NCBI RefSeq assembly: GCF_018977255.1
Contig: NW_024704745.1
Coordinates: 29,760,001 to 29,824,000, forward strand
Direction: 5' to 3'
Source of the DNA: Callorhinchus milii
Taxonomy: Eukaryota
Length of the DNA: 64,000 nt
Positions 59,353-64,000 of the stretch are shown here, in pieces. Under the pieces are notes generated by a model. That model saw only the letters and a list, made by a program, of their open reading frames with translations, ran no database searches and was not told the origin of the DNA. The translations under genes were made by a program, and so were the position numbers. Each line of letters opens with the position of its first letter. The stretch's first letter is position 1.

Positions 59353-62300
59353 AAATCATCCTAAATCTCTTGTCCCAAAACAATTATCAACCAATTATAG
59401 GAAAAGGTCATTTTGACTTGTAATTGCAAACAATTTTATGAAGAAGAAGCAAAGGAAAAAAATCTATTGCTGTAAAAAGCTGGATTTTCATATTTATCAT
59501 GATTGATAGGAAGGGATTTCAAATCTTCAAATGAAAAAAATTGATCAGCAAAACCATTCAGTCTTGACACCTCCTCAGTAACAGTTAGGAGAGAACACCT
59601 AACCCATGAGGTCAGTCCATTACCTTGGTGGATAGTTAGTACTTACTGGGCGATATAGTAGTATGGTAAGTGAAACACATATTTTATTTACAACTCTGGA
59701 GAGATACATTTATTGGTATGATTTACAAAATGAAAAAGAAATATGGAAACATTTTCTGCTGTTTTTATACCAATTTGCTGTCAGCCCCTTTATAGACTTA
59801 ATTGAAAACAAAATCACATTTGCTAATGTATTTTGCATCTCCCAACTTTGTGAAATTGGCAGATTATACAAACGACAGCCAAACTGTTCACTTCTTAAGT
59901 ACCATGTTACAACTGTCTCACCAGTCAAAAATATCACCAAATTGATAGGACAGCTTAAAAATTCCCAGCAAGCAGAAAGCACCATTGCTCCTATCACAAA
60001 ATTAAAACTGTGTGACTTTGTGTACTAAATAAAGGAAATATTCTGCTTGAAAGAATTCAGCTATGATGCTTGGTGCTGATTCTATCCTCTTCTTTAACTA
60101 ATAGCTCCCAGTTCACACCCTGCCCTTCATGTCAAACTGATGGCATCTGTCACATATCATGGAGTGGAATCCATTTTAGAAAAATAATTGATATGTCTAT
60201 CATATGGAGTGGCAGCTGTCTGACTACACTGCACTCTGTTGAAAAGTTTTAAAACTATTATACTGGTTATAGTTCCAAAAATATAATTGATTTTTTTTTA
60301 AAAAAGTTCAATCCAAAAGGTTTACAAACATTTGCAATCTTGGTATAGTACAGAGTAAATATTGCATTGCACATTATATAACACACATGAAGATACAGGA
60401 GATGGAGGGAGGTCCCTGGTCTAGTTGGCAGTAACATTGGACACAAACATAGGCAGGAGATTTATGTTTGTATTACCACAAATTTTAAATAAAGGAACCT
60501 ATCGGTAACTGGCCGTGAGCATATAGTAGGTGTACACTGTGATCTTGTGAAGCACTATTATGTTTATTGGTACTGCTCCAGCTAGGAACACCCTACTCAT
60601 TAGGGCTATGGCTTCAACATACGGATATGTCCTGATTTTCAAGTTGACTTGATGATTACTATTGCAAACAGCACATCAGTAAGGTAAACCAAACCCATCT
60701 AACATTGGTCTCAATCAGCCATTAAAAAATATCTCTGATTACTATGGACATATGTCGTTTTCCTCATTAGTTTTAAGAAGCAGAGTTAAACTGTTCATTT
60801 CCCCCTCCTTCCTGGTCAAGAAGATTTTTTCGCCTATAGTACTGAAGCAGATGACACTTCTGTTTAACATCTTAGCCAAAGGATGATGCCTTCAGCAATG
60901 CAGCACATTGACAACACTGCATTGAAGTGTCATCTTAGACAATGTGAATTCAAAGTCCTGAAGTGGAGCTTTAACCCACAACCTTCTAACTCGAAGGTGA
61001 GAATACTACAACATTCAACATATGCATCAGAGATTAACTGCTCATTTAGCAGGCAGCATAAGATTATAGGCCTAGGACATTCATTCAGTTAAGGCTGCTC
61101 TGTCTCTTTATTGGTGTATTTTTAATGCCACTGTCTTGTTGTTTCTATATATATTTTCAATAACTTTACTTCCCCAATGTATACTTTTCTCTCTTTTAAA
61201 TATGTCAATCAATTCAGCATTTATACATTCTGGAGCAGTACATTGCCCATCTTCACAATGCACTGTGAGAAGAAATGTTTCCTGGTCTCATTTTTATTGA
61301 GTTTCACTCAGATTTTCAGACTGTGTTCCCTTGTAAAGAATTGGATTTACCTTCCAGAGGGAAGATTGTTCCCTATCTATGCTTTAATTTGAATCATAAG
61401 CAAATCCATATTTGGGAAAAACATAAGTTGTTCTTGTTTAAAGCACCAAAAAATTGAATATCCAAAGCTGAATACTATTACACCAGAAACGGTCACCAAT
61501 TTGCAGCACTTGTGTCAATTGTTGAAACATGCAATATAAATTATAAGTCAGGGATTTGTTAAATTCAATGCATGAATTATTTCCCTAGAGTAAAGTTTAG
61601 CAATTTATTTCATATAAATCAAAAACAGAGATCTATTAAATGTACCAGGAGGATTTTGTTGCCTATTATGATCATTGCAGGTAATATGGAAGCATATTTA
61701 GTATTTAGCATCATCAGCAAGAAATTTACATTGTGTAGAAACTCAACATTGGTCTTATGAAGAGATTTAAAAAGTGGGAAGAAGCGATAAATAAAGAAAA
61801 AAAATTACTGAAGCTGCTGTGTGCAAAAAGTCTCAGAAACATAATAAAGAAGAAATAGTGGCAACCTTACATGCATTGGCAACAGTGCACTTGGGACGTC
61901 CTTCCGACACGAAAGGCGCTATTCAAATATAATCTTGTTGTTGTTGTTGCACTGATATTACAACAAATGAACAATGTAATAGCAGTAATAACTGATTACA
62001 GGAGAAGAATATGTTTAGCAGTTCAAACAAAATAGCTGTCGCATGAAAAAATATTATGTGACTTTTTCATAACACAGAAACCTTTAATAGTGTACCTGAT
62101 GGAAAATTCAATCGTAGAATTAAATGTTTTTTAGCGAAATCTGCATTCTCAACCTAATAAAAATCATTTTCAGATTAATCAGAAAGCTGAAACAGGGTAT
62201 ATCATGGAAACAAAATAGTGGATGGATTCATATCAATGATTTTACGATGTCTAAGGGAGCTATTTATTTTAACAGCTTCTCTTTTTCAAGCTTGATCAAT

Positions 62301-63257
62301 CATTGTTCACTGAAAATTCAAGAAAATCAAATAGAGGGACTGATGAGGATACCCATTTGGACAACACAGTCATGGTATTCTTGACTATTAGCTCCATGTA
62401 ATTGATTACTTTATGATAGCCCCCAAGAGAGAGACTTCTGACATTAGAAAAAGCTTCATTGACTGATAACAGTTGTATGTCTTTATTTCAGTAACCTGCC
62501 AAACCCCAATGAGTTTCAGAAGGGTTTCAAGCTGTTACTTTGAAGGCCAAAAAAGATTGCTGAATGGTATGCAATGTCCCTTAATCAATGAGCAGGTTTC
62601 TTGCATCCAAGGGTCAATGATTCAATTTAAACTCTGGAGAAAATGTTTGTGAGCTATTGTATGACCATTATGAGAAGGACAACAATACAGTGGTGTGATC
62701 AATACCACAATTTCTATTCTCTTGTCAACGATGCTACAAATGGAGATCTTAAAAAGTAAACCTTTGGTGATTTAATAAAGAAAAAGTATTTCTCTGTGTA
62801 GAATAACTGAACATAGCTATACATTTGCATCTTGAATTCAACATTATTACTGGTTACTTACAAAGATTACATATCAACACAATGCTGGCTTTGAAAAAAA
62901 TATGAGAATGGAAAGCATTTGTTATGATTCTGTATCTTTGGTCTAAGGAAGGCAAATAGTCAGAGTCATGTTTAAGAAAAGGAAAGCAGATTTGGTCTAT
63001 TAAAAGTCTGTTTTTACGTTTAGGGTGCAGCTACACTTTAGAACCACGAATGCTGACAATCTGAAATAAAGGGTGAAAATCATGAATTGGGATTTGTTAA
63101 CATGTGGTTGAAAGATGTATCCGGGTGGTATCTTACTTATCTGCTTGTCTGCTTGCCTGTGACTCTGTTAGAATGTCTGGGACCAAGGCCAGGCTGTGCT
63201 GATCATTAGCCTGCCCGGTGGTAGTATACTAGCGTAATGCAACCAATACAATCAGTT

Positions 63258-63581
63258 AATAATAATAATCTTAGTGCCCTTATCACGTTGTTGAGACATC
63301 TCAAAGCACTTCACAGAATATACACTGTAAAATTAATTGATATATTGGCAGCAGCCAATTGCACACAACAGTGTCTCACAAACAGTCATGGAATGAGTGA
63401 CCAAATGATTATTTATTTAATTAATTTATTTTTGAAGAGATTATTAGCACCAGAAAGTGATCCACCAATCGACTGACAACCGGATTCCTATTTACTGCTT
63501 GGTAATCAGAGGTAAGTTTTTGCCCTGCCTGGGAATCAAACCTGGGACCTCTCGCTTGTGAGGCGAATGCTCTAACCACTA
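63258..63581 (-). mobile_element. SINE long variant
   Basis: (TAA)n tail, body, extra segment and TGCTCTAACCACT head. Confidence 0.88.
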
Positions 63582-63874
63582 ACCAATGAATTGTTCAGTG
63601 GATGACATGGCCAACTTTGAGCCCAACCATCTGGGTGGGCTAGTTGGGGGAAGATGTCATACTCATAGAGTATCAATAATTAAGGTATCAACTGACTGCA
63701 TTTTCCAATAATCATAAATTGTAATTTTCAATCTCAGAAACAGAAAATATTGGGCTAAGAATTATTACAGCATTATTTTTTCAAAAAGGCATTGAATAAC
63801 CATGGTTTTCAACAATGTGTTAATTAACACTAGAGTTAGGTAAAACATCACAGACCCATTTTCACCACCATGTT

Positions 63875-64000
63875 ACAATACAATATAAATATAACTTACA
63901 TTTTTATAGCACCTTTCATGTCTCAAAGCACAGGTGGCTGGGCACCTGAGCCAGAGGTGGTGTGGGGGGAGCTAAATAGGGCGTTGGTGGGATGGGGTAA
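63875..64000 (-). mobile_element. L2 3' end (runs off the window)
   Basis: AACTTACATTTTTATAGCACCTTTCA...TCAAAGCAC followed by a G-rich reverse UTR. Confidence 0.6.

Noticed and set aside
59663-60028. 121-aa ORF
   Set aside because: AT-rich composition with no motif; consistent with a chance ORF.

Overview
AT-rich, repeat-dense eukaryotic DNA with no recognisable intact protein-coding gene, so probably intronic or intergenic. The repeat content points to a cartilaginous fish, possibly a holocephalan such as the elephant shark (inference). It includes L2 LINEs with (TTG)n tails, CR1 3' fragments, about 20 copies of a tRNA-headed SINE with an L2-like tail and (TTA)n end, older DeuSINE-like relics and Penelope-type terminal repeats. 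Nearly all ORFs in the supplied track are LINE fragments or noise. The most notable observations are: (1) four Penelope-type pseudo-LTR copies carrying a minimal type-I hammerhead ribozyme fold, one of them a 102-bp duplication-flanked insertion in a SINE tail; (2) an orphan, pseudogenised B30.2/PRY-SPRY terminal exon joined to a truncated L2; (3) next to it, a 41-bp tandem array whose unit parses as nonamer/22-bp spacer/heptamer, resembling V(D)J recombination signals; (4) a decayed Gypsy-type gag with a double zinc knuckle; (5) a 49-bp TIR element, a probable non-autonomous Helitron, several fold-backs and an unclassified repeat family. All calls were made by eye and coordinates are approximate unless motif positions are stated.
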